Origin: Serratia phage 4S
DNA length: 24,000 bases
Strand: one strand, 5' to 3'
Sequence record: MW082584.1
Part shown: positions 1-7,364 of the stretch, one piece after another
Position numbering within the stretch: position 1 is the stretch's first letter
Layout: every line of letters begins with the position of its first letter
Program-made: the position numbers and the translations under genes
The notes under the pieces: generated by a model
What the model saw: only the letters and a program-made list of their open reading frames with translations
What the model was told of the DNA's origin: nothing
The model's database searches: none

Positions 1-1409
1 TGGTAGAAACGATTTTAGCTCAATTGCTTTTTAATAGTACATACTTTGTAAGAGTATGGCCATACATGAATGAGGAATATTTTGAAAAAGGCCCAGCTCA
101 GACTCTGTTCAAAGAAATTAAAAATCATGTTGATAATTACAACTCTGTGCCTACCACTACGGCCATTAACATTGCCCTTGACCGGTCCACGATTTCAGAA
201 ACAGAACTCGACGGAGCAAAGTCTCTTCTTAAAGGATTGCAAAATACTCCAGAAGATCTTGACTGGCTCATTGATTCTACAGAAAAGCACGTTCAAGAAA
301 AGGCAATGTACAATGCGACTTCTCGGATTATCGAAATTCAGAGCAATGCACAGTTGCCACCAGGCAAACGTGATAAAAAGATCTCAGATGTAGGTGCCAT
401 TCCAGAAATAATGCAACAAGCATTAGCCATTAGTTTCGATTCTGATATCGGTCATGATTGGTTTGATGATTATGAGAAACGTTGGTTACTGTACCAATCT
501 AAAGCAAACAAACTTCCTTTTGCCTTACCAATTCTGAACACAATCACTAAAGGTGGTGCAGAACGTGGTACACTGAACATTATCATGGCAGGTGTAAACG
601 TAGGTAAGTCTCTGGGCCTTTGTTCTCTGGCTGCAGATTATATGAGCACCGGACAAAATGTCCTTTATATCTCCATGGAGATGGCAGAGCACGTTGTTGC
701 TAAGCGTATTGATGCTAACTTGCTTGATGTTTCATTAGATGACATCGATGACGGCAATATTTCTTATGCCGAATATAAAGCAAGAATGACACGATTCAAT
801 AAACGGAATACAGCAACAGGTCGATTGGTTATCAAACAATATCCAACAGCTGGTGCAAACGCTAACACTTTCCGTTCACTGTTGAATGAGCTCAAACTCA
901 AAAAGAATTTTGTCCCGGATGTAATCGTTGTTGATTATTTGGGTATTTGTGCTAGTACACGCGTCCGTAGTTCAGATAACAGTTACACTTTAGTAAAAAG
1001 TATCGCTGAAGAACTTCGTGGCTTAGCTGTAGAATCAAACACCATTATGTGGTCAGGTGCACAGACACAACGTGCTTCTTGGGGTGCATCAGATATGTCT
1101 ATGGGCGACGTTGCTGAATCTGCTGGTTTACCTGCAACGGCAGACTTTATGCTAGGCGTGATTGAAATCCCAGAACTAGCCGATCAGGGTGTTCAAATGA
1201 TGATCCAGATCAAGTCCCGTTATGGCGACAAAAACAAGTACAATCATTTCAACATTGGTGTCAAGAAAGGTAACCAGCGTTGGTACGAAACCGATTCTAC
1301 TAAATCTCAACAACCCACCAATAAAGAAGTAGAAGGTAAGATGATGAGACAAGCTGAAGATACGAGTCGTGCTAAGCTCGATGAGCTGGCTGAATCATTG
1401 AAATTCTAA
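1..1409 (+). CDS. 41: DnaB-like replicative DNA helicase, T4 gp41 family (5' end cut by one base)
   Basis: Frame is open to the window edge and reads (M)VETILAQLLFNSTYFVRVWPYMNEEYFEKGPAQ, matching the T4 gp41 N-terminus. Walker A-like GVNVGKS, then NVLYISMEMAEHVVAKRIDANLLDVSLDDIDDG and DVIVVDYLGI. Bases 1-2 (tg) are the end of the likely ATG; the TTG at 24 in the ORF track is internal. Confidence 0.97.
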   Translation, partial: VETILAQLLFNSTYFVRVWPYMNEEYFEKGPAQTLFKEIKNHVDNYNSVPTTTAINIALDRSTISETELDGAKSLLKGLQNTPEDLDWLIDSTEKHVQEKAMYNATSRIIEIQSNAQLPPGKRDKKISDVGAIPEIMQQALAISFDSDIGHDWFDDYEKRWLLYQSKANKLPFALPILNTITKGGAERGTLNIIMAGVNVGKSLGLCSLAADYMSTGQNVLYISMEMAEHVVAKRIDANLLDVSLDDIDDGNISYAEYKARMTRFNKRNTATGRLVIKQYPTAGANANTFRSLLNELKLKKNFVPDVIVVDYLGICASTRVRSSDNSYTLVKSIAEELRGLAVESNTIMWSGAQTQRASWGASDMSMGDVAESAGLPATADFMLGVIEIPELADQGVQMMIQIKSRYGDKNKYNHFNIGVKKGNQRWYETDSTKSQQPTNKEVEGKMMRQAEDTSRAKLDELAESLKF

Positions 1410-1410
1410 T

Positions 1411-1432
1411 AAAGGGACCTTCGGGTCCCTTT
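1411..1432 (+). terminator. Intrinsic-terminator-like hairpin AAAGGGACC-TTCG-GGTCCCTTT
   Basis: Perfect 9-bp stem with UUCG loop immediately after the gp41 stop; followed by CGGGG rather than a long T tract. Confidence 0.75.
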
Positions 1433-1437
1433 CGGGG

Positions 1438-1466
1438 TTTACAAGACTTTTAGGTCGTGATACTAT
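1438..1466 (+). promoter_or_regulatory. Sigma70/early-type promoter TTTACA-N17-TACTAT with TGa extended -10
   Basis: TTTACA 1438-1443, 17-nt spacer, TACTAT 1461-1466; same architecture at 6360, 10038, 13008, 21561 and 22534. Confidence 0.8.
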
Positions 1467-1495
1467 GTTCGTACTTTCACAAAGGAGAAACAAAA

Positions 1496-1666
1496 ATGAT
1501 TACTGGCACTATTCATCCAATCTTTGCGACAAAATGGTTTGCTCTTATCCCACCGGCTAATGACTCCGAAAAGGGTATGTGTAACTGTAATCGTACCAAT
1601 GGCGGGCACGATAGTTATTGCTCTCGTTACCCGAATCCACGTCGCCAATCGAAGACTCAAGCATGA
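1496..1666 (+). CDS. Hypothetical small protein (56 aa)
   Basis: ATG preceded by AAAGGAG; MITGTIHPIFATKWFALIPPANDSEKGMCNCNRTNGGHDSYCSRYPNP. Stop overlaps the next ATG. Confidence 0.7.
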   Translation: MITGTIHPIFATKWFALIPPANDSEKGMCNCNRTNGGHDSYCSRYPNPRRQSKTQA

Positions 1667-1959
1667 AAAATATTGAATCTCCTATTAAGGTATTCCAAGA
1701 GGCCCAAATCGTCAAAGAAATCCTCTTGAAGAAATATGCTGCTATGAAGCCTAAAACCTTTTGGCAACGCAGAAAATTCGAATTCATTGACCAACACGAA
1801 TACATTAAGTTACGTGCGGCCATTGTCGAAGTGATGTTTATGCAGAATCTGGCCCGTGAGTATATACGCCGTGTGTACTTAAACGGGACGGCCACTTTCA
1901 CAGATGGTAATGAAATCTCGTGGGAACAGTTTATTGTCTACAGTTACCAGGTACGATAA
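1663..1959 (+). CDS. Hypothetical protein (98 aa)
   Basis: ATGA overlap with upstream stop; MKNIESPIKVFQEAQIVKEILLKKYAAMKPKTFWQRRKFEFIDQHEYIKLRA. Confidence 0.75.
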   Translation: MKNIESPIKVFQEAQIVKEILLKKYAAMKPKTFWQRRKFEFIDQHEYIKLRAAIVEVMFMQNLAREYIRRVYLNGTATFTDGNEISWEQFIVYSYQVR

Positions 1960-1975
1960 ATAAAGACAGGAGCCT

Positions 1976-2452
1976 ATGTCAATTGTAACTCGCGCTACGG
2001 ATACGATTTATGCGTATAAATTTATCCGATTGATGCAAAAAGAATTTAACGAGTGGACTGCTTACAAATTGGGTATCATTAATGATCGTGGTACTCTTTT
2101 AAAACGTCCAAGTACGCCAGAAGAAAAGACTGCATATACGCCTTTCCATGCGTCTGTTCGGTCTATGAAGAAAATGATGTCGACGGTCCCAGGACTGGCT
2201 GGCATGAGTGCTCTAGCGGCGGCCTTTAGCGCTACAGCTGGGCGGTATGGTATCACAGAACAACAAGTCGATGAGATCGTAGAGGCGGTCCCTGGCTTAA
2301 AATACATCAAAGAAGCAGAAGTTGCTGGTGACTCTGGAGGTTCAGTCCAGAATATAGCATCAGGTACAACTACTGGGGCCATTGTCAACAAAGGTCCAGA
2401 AGTCTTAGGCAAGCGTAAGAGCAAGGTCAAACGACGTCTTCAAAAAGTGTGA
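1976..2452 (+). CDS. Uncharacterised phage protein (158 aa) between helicase and primase genes
   Basis: ATG with upstream AGGAG; followed by a clear terminator; MSIVTRATDTIYAYKFIRLMQKEFNEWTAYKLGIINDRG. Basic C-terminus KRKSKVKRRLQKV. Confidence 0.85.
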   Translation: MSIVTRATDTIYAYKFIRLMQKEFNEWTAYKLGIINDRGTLLKRPSTPEEKTAYTPFHASVRSMKKMMSTVPGLAGMSALAAAFSATAGRYGITEQQVDEIVEAVPGLKYIKEAEVAGDSGGSVQNIASGTTTGAIVNKGPEVLGKRKSKVKRRLQKV

Positions 2453-2453
2453 T

Positions 2454-2478
2454 AAAATGGACCGTAAGGTCCATTTTT
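2454..2478 (+). terminator. Rho-independent terminator AAAATGGACC-GTAA-GGTCCATTTTT
   Basis: Perfect 10-bp stem, 4-nt loop, terminal T run, directly after the stop at 2452. Confidence 0.85.
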
Positions 2479-2491
2479 GTATAGAGGGTAT

Positions 2492-3505
2492 ATGAGTTAC
2501 GTAGATCAAGAATTTGCTGAACGTGTCTTTAGTAACCTTTTAAAATATCGCAAGGTGTCCGGGAGTACATTTAAATTAAATGCTCGGTGCCCAATATGTG
2601 GTGACTCTCATAGTGATATGAATAAAGCGCGTTTTTGGTGTTATCCGTTCAAAGACTCATTAAGAGTTAAATGCTTTAACTGTGATTATTCGCATTGGTT
2701 CAACGTGTTCTTAAAAGAAGAACATCCAGAGCTTTATCGTGATTATCTCATGGAAAAGCGTAAAGAACAGATGATATTCCAAAAACCTGTTCGTGAAGTA
2801 GCAAAGGCGTTAAAGAAAGAAATTATTCCAGTTCTGAATTTCAGTACTCGGATAGATCATTTGCCTGTGAACCATCCAATCATCAAATACGTTCGTGCCA
2901 GGGCAATTCCTGAGGCGAAATGGGATAGATTGTGGTTTACATATGAATGGCCAAAACTTTGCAACTCTGTTAATCCAGGAACGTATAAGAATGAAACGAA
3001 TGAACCACGCTTGGTTATACCTATCTTCAACGCAGAAGGCAAAATCGAATCATTCCAAGGTCGAGCGCTTAGAAAAGATGCACCACAAAAGTACATCACA
3101 ATTAAAGCCTCAGAAGACTCAACAAAAATCTACGGTCTAGATACTGTTAAGCCAAATAAAATGGTTTACTTTACTGAAGGCCCATTAGATAGTTTGTTTG
3201 TCGATAATGGCGCAGCAATAACAGGTGGCTCAGTGGATTTAGCTTCATTACCATTCACCGGGAACCGTGCTTTTATTATGGACAATGAGCCAAGGCATCC
3301 TGATACAATAAAACGTATGAAGAAGCTTTTGGATGCAGGCGAAAAGATTGTCCTATGGGATAAGTGCCCATGGAAAGCAAAAGATATTAACGAAATGATT
3401 ACGGATTGTGGTGCAACTCATGAACAAGTCAACCAATATATTCGTGATAACACTGTGCATGGTTTAATGGCACAACTCAGGTTTAAGACTTGGGCTAAGT
3501 GTTAA
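2492..3505 (+). CDS. 61: DNA primase, T4 gp61 family
   Basis: N-terminal zinc-binding CPICGDSH...CFNCDYSHW, then the TOPRIM-like region MVYFTEGPLDSLFVDNGAAITGG. The ORF track starts at TTG 2477; ATG 2492 is preferred. Confidence 0.93.
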   Translation: MSYVDQEFAERVFSNLLKYRKVSGSTFKLNARCPICGDSHSDMNKARFWCYPFKDSLRVKCFNCDYSHWFNVFLKEEHPELYRDYLMEKRKEQMIFQKPVREVAKALKKEIIPVLNFSTRIDHLPVNHPIIKYVRARAIPEAKWDRLWFTYEWPKLCNSVNPGTYKNETNEPRLVIPIFNAEGKIESFQGRALRKDAPQKYITIKASEDSTKIYGLDTVKPNKMVYFTEGPLDSLFVDNGAAITGGSVDLASLPFTGNRAFIMDNEPRHPDTIKRMKKLLDAGEKIVLWDKCPWKAKDINEMITDCGATHEQVNQYIRDNTVHGLMAQLRFKTWAKC

Positions 3506-3506
3506 T

Positions 3507-3532
3507 CGCTTTACACAAGGATGTGTTATACT
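3507..3532 (+). promoter_or_regulatory. Possible MotA-dependent middle promoter (CGCTTTA-N13-TATACT)
   Basis: Box 3507-3513 differs from TGCTTTA at one position; 13-nt spacer; -10 TATACT 3527-3532; upstream of the CDS at 3570. Confidence 0.45.
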
Positions 3533-3569
3533 CGGTATAATGGGTTTCAGGCCTGGTGAGGACTATATA

Positions 3570-3992
3570 ATGACTGAACAAGAAAGATTTGATTCGTTCT
3601 TAGAAGTAAACGCGCAGCGTCGTGCGAAGCACGTTAATAATATCCACCCTGAATGTACAGGTTGTAAGATCGGTCTTAAATGGACCTTATCTGAGGACTT
3701 GGAACTATTCTCATATCTCAAAATGCATCCATTTAATCTGATGAAGATCAGTGAACAAATGGATCGTCCTATCTGGGGCATTATGTCTCGTTTACAGCGC
3801 TTAGGTGTTGTAAGCAAATATCACTCTTATTATAGCACTGCAGATCGTACCTTTAAAGTATCTAAAGCCAAAAAGCGTATTAACCTGACAGAACAACATA
3901 TCGATGCGCTTGTTAATCTTGGGTGGTATAATGACAAACATAAGCTGGACGCACCTAAATGGTGGTACAGTAAATCGATAATCATCAAATAG
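3570..3992 (+). CDS. Hypothetical protein (140 aa), possible HTH-like segment
   Basis: MTEQERFDSFLEVNAQRRAKHVNNIHPECTGCKIGLKWTLSEDLELFSYLKMHPFNLMKISEQMDRPIWGIMSRLQRLGVV; ORF extends upstream in the track, but ATG 3570 is preferred. Confidence 0.8.
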   Translation: MTEQERFDSFLEVNAQRRAKHVNNIHPECTGCKIGLKWTLSEDLELFSYLKMHPFNLMKISEQMDRPIWGIMSRLQRLGVVSKYHSYYSTADRTFKVSKAKKRINLTEQHIDALVNLGWYNDKHKLDAPKWWYSKSIIIK

Positions 3993-4000
3993 GAAAAATA

Positions 4001-4519
4001 ATGGCACACTTTAATGAATGTTCACAGTTGATCGAAGGCGCAGATAAAGCAGAAGCTCGTTATGTAGGCATTCTGAAAAATCAAGCTGATCCACTGCAAA
4101 TTATGCTTGATATGCAAAAGTCATTGCAAGCTCGTCTGGCTAAGGACAAACCAGAATACAATATGCATCCAGATAATCTGGCTAAAGCAGGACAAGTTGT
4201 TGATTGGCTGCGTAATCAGAAAGACTACATCGATGATGAATTCCGTGAACTGTTGACTTCTCTTGGTGGCATGTCGAATGGTGAAAAAGATGCATGCGCA
4301 GTATGGAAACCTTGGAAAGGTTCTCATGCTGAACGTCGTGAAACTCTGATCTCTGCTTTGTCTGATAAAGACCAACTAGAAATCAAATTCGAAATGATCG
4401 ATATTTTGCATTTCGTGTTGAATATGTTCATGGCTCTGGGTCTCGATGCAGAAGAAATCTTCAAACTGTATTTCTTGAAGAATGCAGAAAACTTTGCGCG
4501 TCAAGACAATGGGTACTAA
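4001..4519 (+). CDS. 56: dCTP pyrophosphatase / dUTPase, T4 gp56 family
   Basis: MAHFNECSQLIEG...DPLQIMLDMQKSLQARLA...DWLRNQKDYIDDEFRELLTSLGGMSNGEKDACAVWKPWK...IKFEMIDILHFVLNMFMALGLDAEEIFKLYFLKNAENFARQDNGY closely matches T4 gp56. Confidence 0.95.
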   Translation: MAHFNECSQLIEGADKAEARYVGILKNQADPLQIMLDMQKSLQARLAKDKPEYNMHPDNLAKAGQVVDWLRNQKDYIDDEFRELLTSLGGMSNGEKDACAVWKPWKGSHAERRETLISALSDKDQLEIKFEMIDILHFVLNMFMALGLDAEEIFKLYFLKNAENFARQDNGY

Positions 4520-4691
4520 TAATGGATTGGAGGACTTCATTAAGAGGTCCTTCTCTTTAGTTTGGGAAGAACCATCTCATATTATTGGTACTATCGAAGC
4601 TAAAGATCGACTGTTAGATGCAATGCATAGATTTGCAGAGGCTCACGATGAAAAGGTACGAAATGACCCAAAATATGCCAAGGTGCCCTGA
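4509..4691 (+). CDS. Hypothetical small protein (60 aa)
   Basis: MGTNNGLEDFIKRSFSLVWEEPSHIIGTIEAKDRLLDAMHRFAEAHDEKVRNDPKYAKVP; overlaps the gp56 3' end by 11 nt. Confidence 0.6.
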   Translation: MGTNNGLEDFIKRSFSLVWEEPSHIIGTIEAKDRLLDAMHRFAEAHDEKVRNDPKYAKVP

Positions 4692-4911
4692 AAACGGTAT
4701 CAATGCACTATATGACCAAGCTCGTGCAATAAACGCCAAGGCTAAAGAAGACCTATGTATCAAAACACTGGGTTTACTTTATCCTGGAAAGAGTATACAA
4801 TGGTGCCTAGATAACAGAGCGTTGATTGATTCTGAGTACTCACTCGAGATCATTGAACAGCGTACTGACACTTATATTATTGAATACACTGTTAATGTGA
4901 GGAAACGATGA
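4663..4911 (+). CDS. Hypothetical protein (82 aa)
   Basis: Start inferred at ATG 4663 (or 4675); ATGA overlap with the next ORF at 4908. Confidence 0.65.
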   Translation: MTQNMPRCPENGINALYDQARAINAKAKEDLCIKTLGLLYPGKSIQWCLDNRALIDSEYSLEIIEQRTDTYIIEYTVNVRKR

Positions 4912-5066
4912 ACTTAGACGAACGCATTGAAAAGATGGAAGAGCTTAATTCGTTGTATGATGATCATGCTAGTGCTTTAAGCGATTCTGAAATGTCTGGT
5001 GATCGTAGTGAAGCGAATCTGATTCAGGTTGCTATTGATCTGTTAGTTAAAGCTTTGTTCAAATAA
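4908..5066 (+). CDS. Hypothetical small acidic protein (52 aa), absent from the supplied ORF track
   Basis: ATGA overlap at 4908-4911; MNLDERIEKMEELNSLYDDHASALSDSEMSGDRSEANLIQVAIDLLVKALFK; fills an otherwise empty gap; GAGG just upstream. Confidence 0.75.
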   Translation: MNLDERIEKMEELNSLYDDHASALSDSEMSGDRSEANLIQVAIDLLVKALFK

Positions 5067-5077
5067 TTGGAGCTCAA

Positions 5078-5413
5078 ATGGCCTTTCTAACTGAAATTTT
5101 CAAATTCCTTAAAGGCGATCCTGACGACAAAATGATCGCATTGGATCCCGAACCAGAACGCAAGAAAGAATACATGTACATGGGTGATGGTACAGTTGAA
5201 GAGGTCTATGTTGATACTCCGAGTGATATCATTTCCTTTGACACCAAAGGATTAGCACCAAGAGGTAAATATGTCTCCTCAAGCTCTTCGGCGTCATCTA
5301 ACCGGTCAGGGTCTTATTATTCCACCTCGAGCACTTATGCCGGATACGACTCAGGATATGACTCCGGATCAAGTAGCAGCTGTGATTCAGGCTCGTCGTC
5401 AAGTTGTGATTGA
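5078..5413 (+). CDS. Hypothetical protein with Ser/Gly/Asp/Cys-rich C-terminal tail (111 aa)
   Basis: GGAGCTCAA-ATG start; MAFLTEIFKFLKGDPDDK...SSSSSASSNRSGSYYSTSSTYAGYDSGYDSGSSSSCDSGSSSSCD. Confidence 0.8.
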   Translation: MAFLTEIFKFLKGDPDDKMIALDPEPERKKEYMYMGDGTVEEVYVDTPSDIISFDTKGLAPRGKYVSSSSSASSNRSGSYYSTSSTYAGYDSGYDSGSSSSCDSGSSSSCD

Positions 5414-5588
5414 GTGGTTTACAAACCAAGCAATCAAGTGTTATAATTCTTACGTTGAGATAACTTGCAATACCTCAGCACTTTCAGGCGGCTTCGTTAG
5501 GTTCGAGGCCGCTAGATTATACGACTTATACATAAAGGTGCTTAAAAATTATGAAGACCCTGAATATCTCGGTATCGCGGATCTATAA
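5358..5588 (+). CDS. Hypothetical protein (76 aa from ATG 5358; start uncertain)
   Basis: MTPDQVAAVIQARRQVVIEWFTNQAIKCYNSYVEITCNTSALSGGFVRFEAARLYDLYIKVLKNYEDPEYLGIADL; overlaps the Ser-rich ORF by about 56 nt. Confidence 0.65.
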   Translation: MTPDQVAAVIQARRQVVIEWFTNQAIKCYNSYVEITCNTSALSGGFVRFEAARLYDLYIKVLKNYEDPEYLGIADL

Positions 5589-5829
5589 AGACGGTTTTGT
5601 GACTATGGACGGGACGATCACCCATAGTTTCCTTGGCATCAAGTTCTTCACTGAACCAGCTAAGGTGATTGTCCCTAAAGGCGCTACTGGTATGTACGTC
5701 AACGGTGACCCTGTTGACTCTGTTATGCATCAGATGCTGTGGCGTAAAATCCGGACTTTGATTGAAGTACAACAAATGCGCTGCATTAACGAAGGTAAAG
5801 TTCCTGCACTAACTTCTGTATTCGGGTGA
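5551..5829 (+). CDS. Hypothetical protein (92 aa)
   Basis: MKTLNISVSRIYKDGFVTMDGTITHSFLGIKFFTEPAKVIVPKGATGMYVNGDP; overlaps the preceding ORF end. Confidence 0.75.
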   Translation: MKTLNISVSRIYKDGFVTMDGTITHSFLGIKFFTEPAKVIVPKGATGMYVNGDPVDSVMHQMLWRKIRTLIEVQQMRCINEGKVPALTSVFG

Positions 5830-5832
5830 TAT

Positions 5833-6378
5833 ATGGACGACGCACAGCAAAGTATCTTGTGGCAATGCATGAATAATAAGCCATACCACGACGTGGCTTT
5901 CCAACAAGCATTGAATATGATCGTGGAAGAATACATGGAAGACACTTGTTTTCCACTGTGGCGTGGTCTCTCAAAGCTTGAGCTTGACCAAATCTATATG
6001 CATCAACCAGGTGATATCTTTACGTTTCATGGTGTGAAGTCATTCAGTGAACTTCCTGACATAGCTCAAATGTTTAGTGATCAATGGCAGTACGACACTA
6101 TGACTTTAGTTAAGATTGTTAACAATGTGAAAAGCTTCAGGCTTTATCCTGTGCTGACACAAATCTTGATCGATGCACCTGAATGTGAGTTCACTTTGAG
6201 TGGCGATGCACGTGGTGACAAACTAGAAATGGTTGCTGACGAACGCGAGCATATGTTGCCTCATGGCTCTAAGTTCTTGATTTTGAACAAAAGTACTTTG
6301 GAAATCCCTGAGAACTTTGGGCAATCTCACAAAATTTACGATATTTTTGAAGTAGAGTGTTTACAATATCCTGAGTAA
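5833..6378 (+). CDS. modB: ModB-like NAD+:arginine ADP-ribosyltransferase (181 aa)
   Basis: ILWQCMNNK, FPLWRGLSK (R motif), SFSE (central motif position), DEREHMLPHGSKF (ExE motif) and C-terminal NFGQSHKIYDIFEVE, collinear with T4 ModB as recalled. Confidence 0.85.
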   Translation: MDDAQQSILWQCMNNKPYHDVAFQQALNMIVEEYMEDTCFPLWRGLSKLELDQIYMHQPGDIFTFHGVKSFSELPDIAQMFSDQWQYDTMTLVKIVNNVKSFRLYPVLTQILIDAPECEFTLSGDARGDKLEMVADEREHMLPHGSKFLILNKSTLEIPENFGQSHKIYDIFEVECLQYPE

Positions 6379-6388
6379 GTGTTACTAT
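6360..6388 (+). promoter_or_regulatory. Sigma70/early-type promoter TTTACA-N17-TACTAT
   Basis: TTTACA 6360-6365, TACTAT 6383-6388, extended TGt; overlaps the 3' end of the modB-like gene. Confidence 0.75.
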
Positions 6389-6417
6389 ACGCTTATCAAC
6401 TACTCAGGAGAATTGAA

Positions 6418-7074
6418 ATGAACATGCAAAAACGCGTTAACAGTAAACATTCCCAGGTACGTCATTCAGCCCGGACTCGTAACTTGAAGTTCAACCTGAC
6501 TAAAGAGCATATCGAGAACCTGATTACTCAGACTCATTGTGCTTATTCTGGTAAAATGTTCTCTGCATCAGACCCAATGACCTTTGAGCGTATTGATAAT
6601 GCCAAAGGCTACATCATGGGCAACGTTATTCCTGTTAAAGCGTCTTTGAACCATGCTCGTGGCAACTTAGAACTCAGTGATATAATCCAAAATCTGTCTT
6701 TTGCTGAGCATCACAATAAAGTACGCCATCTGTTTTATTTCGACCAGATTTGGGCTAAGCATCGCGAAGAAGCGAAAGCTCGAGTCAAAAAGATTCAAAA
6801 CTGGGATAAATTGATTAAGGCATACGAAGCCAATGTGAATCATCCAGATCGTGAGAAAAATCTTGATCTGTGTCGTGTTCGTAAGGAAGCTGTTGTTCGC
6901 GATCTGCGTCGTAACTTCAAGTACCATAAAAATGATATTTGGAAACGCTCTGCATTGCCAGTGACGATGAATAAATTGCGTTACCTAGTTAATGGTATGA
7001 TTCGTTATACCAAGTTGGATGCTTGCCAGCGTTATAACTTGATTAAAGGACATCCTATCAATAAAAATCTGTAG
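6418..7074 (+). CDS. HNH-endonuclease-like protein (218 aa)
   Basis: CAYSGKMF...MTFERIDNAKGYIMGNVIPVKASLNHARGNLELSDI resembles the phage HNH core (CxYTG...leRIDnskGYi.gNV...N.K). ATG 6418 preceded by AGGAG. Confidence 0.65.
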   Translation: MNMQKRVNSKHSQVRHSARTRNLKFNLTKEHIENLITQTHCAYSGKMFSASDPMTFERIDNAKGYIMGNVIPVKASLNHARGNLELSDIIQNLSFAEHHNKVRHLFYFDQIWAKHREEAKARVKKIQNWDKLIKAYEANVNHPDREKNLDLCRVRKEAVVRDLRRNFKYHKNDIWKRSALPVTMNKLRYLVNGMIRYTKLDACQRYNLIKGHPINKNL

Positions 7075-7082
7075 GAGGAATT

Positions 7083-7364
7083 ATGTTCGTGGTGTGTTAT
7101 AAGGATGCTGATGGCTTTGTGCATCCTTGCATTGATGTAACATTTGATAACATTTTGGCATTTGAAACTCAGTCACAAGCTGATGAATCTCTTGAAGAGC
7201 ATAAGGCTAATTTAGACTGGTTGTTAAAGCCTGAAATAACTAAAAAGCGTACTTGGTATGGTAAAAGTTATACCATCTCAACTCCGCGCAAAATCGTTAA
7301 CCGAGAACGTCGTGTTCGTGAATTCAATACGCTGTTTGTAAAGAAAGGACGTTTGGTTCTATGA
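7083..7364 (+). CDS. Hypothetical protein (93 aa)
   Basis: GGAGGAATT-ATG; MFVVCYKDADGFVHPCIDVTFDNILAFETQSQADESLEEHK; ATGA overlap with dda. Confidence 0.8.
   Translation: MFVVCYKDADGFVHPCIDVTFDNILAFETQSQADESLEEHKANLDWLLKPEITKKRTWYGKSYTISTPRKIVNRERRVREFNTLFVKKGRLVL

Noticed and set aside
24-26. TTG start for gp41 in the ORF track
   Set aside because: The upstream codons VETILAQ match the T4 gp41 N-terminus and the initiating A lies one base outside the window.
70-393. 107-aa + strand ORF within the gp41 gene
   Set aside because: Out-of-frame shadow of the helicase gene; low-complexity Leu/Lys/Thr sequence without support.
2062-2430. 122-aa minus-strand ORF
   Set aside because: Antisense shadow of the 158-aa + strand ORF that has a ribosome-binding site and a terminator.
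2671-2695. MotA-box-like ATGCTTTA in the primase gene
   Set aside because: No -10 hexamer at 11-13 nt downstream (CGCATT); inside a conserved coding sequence.
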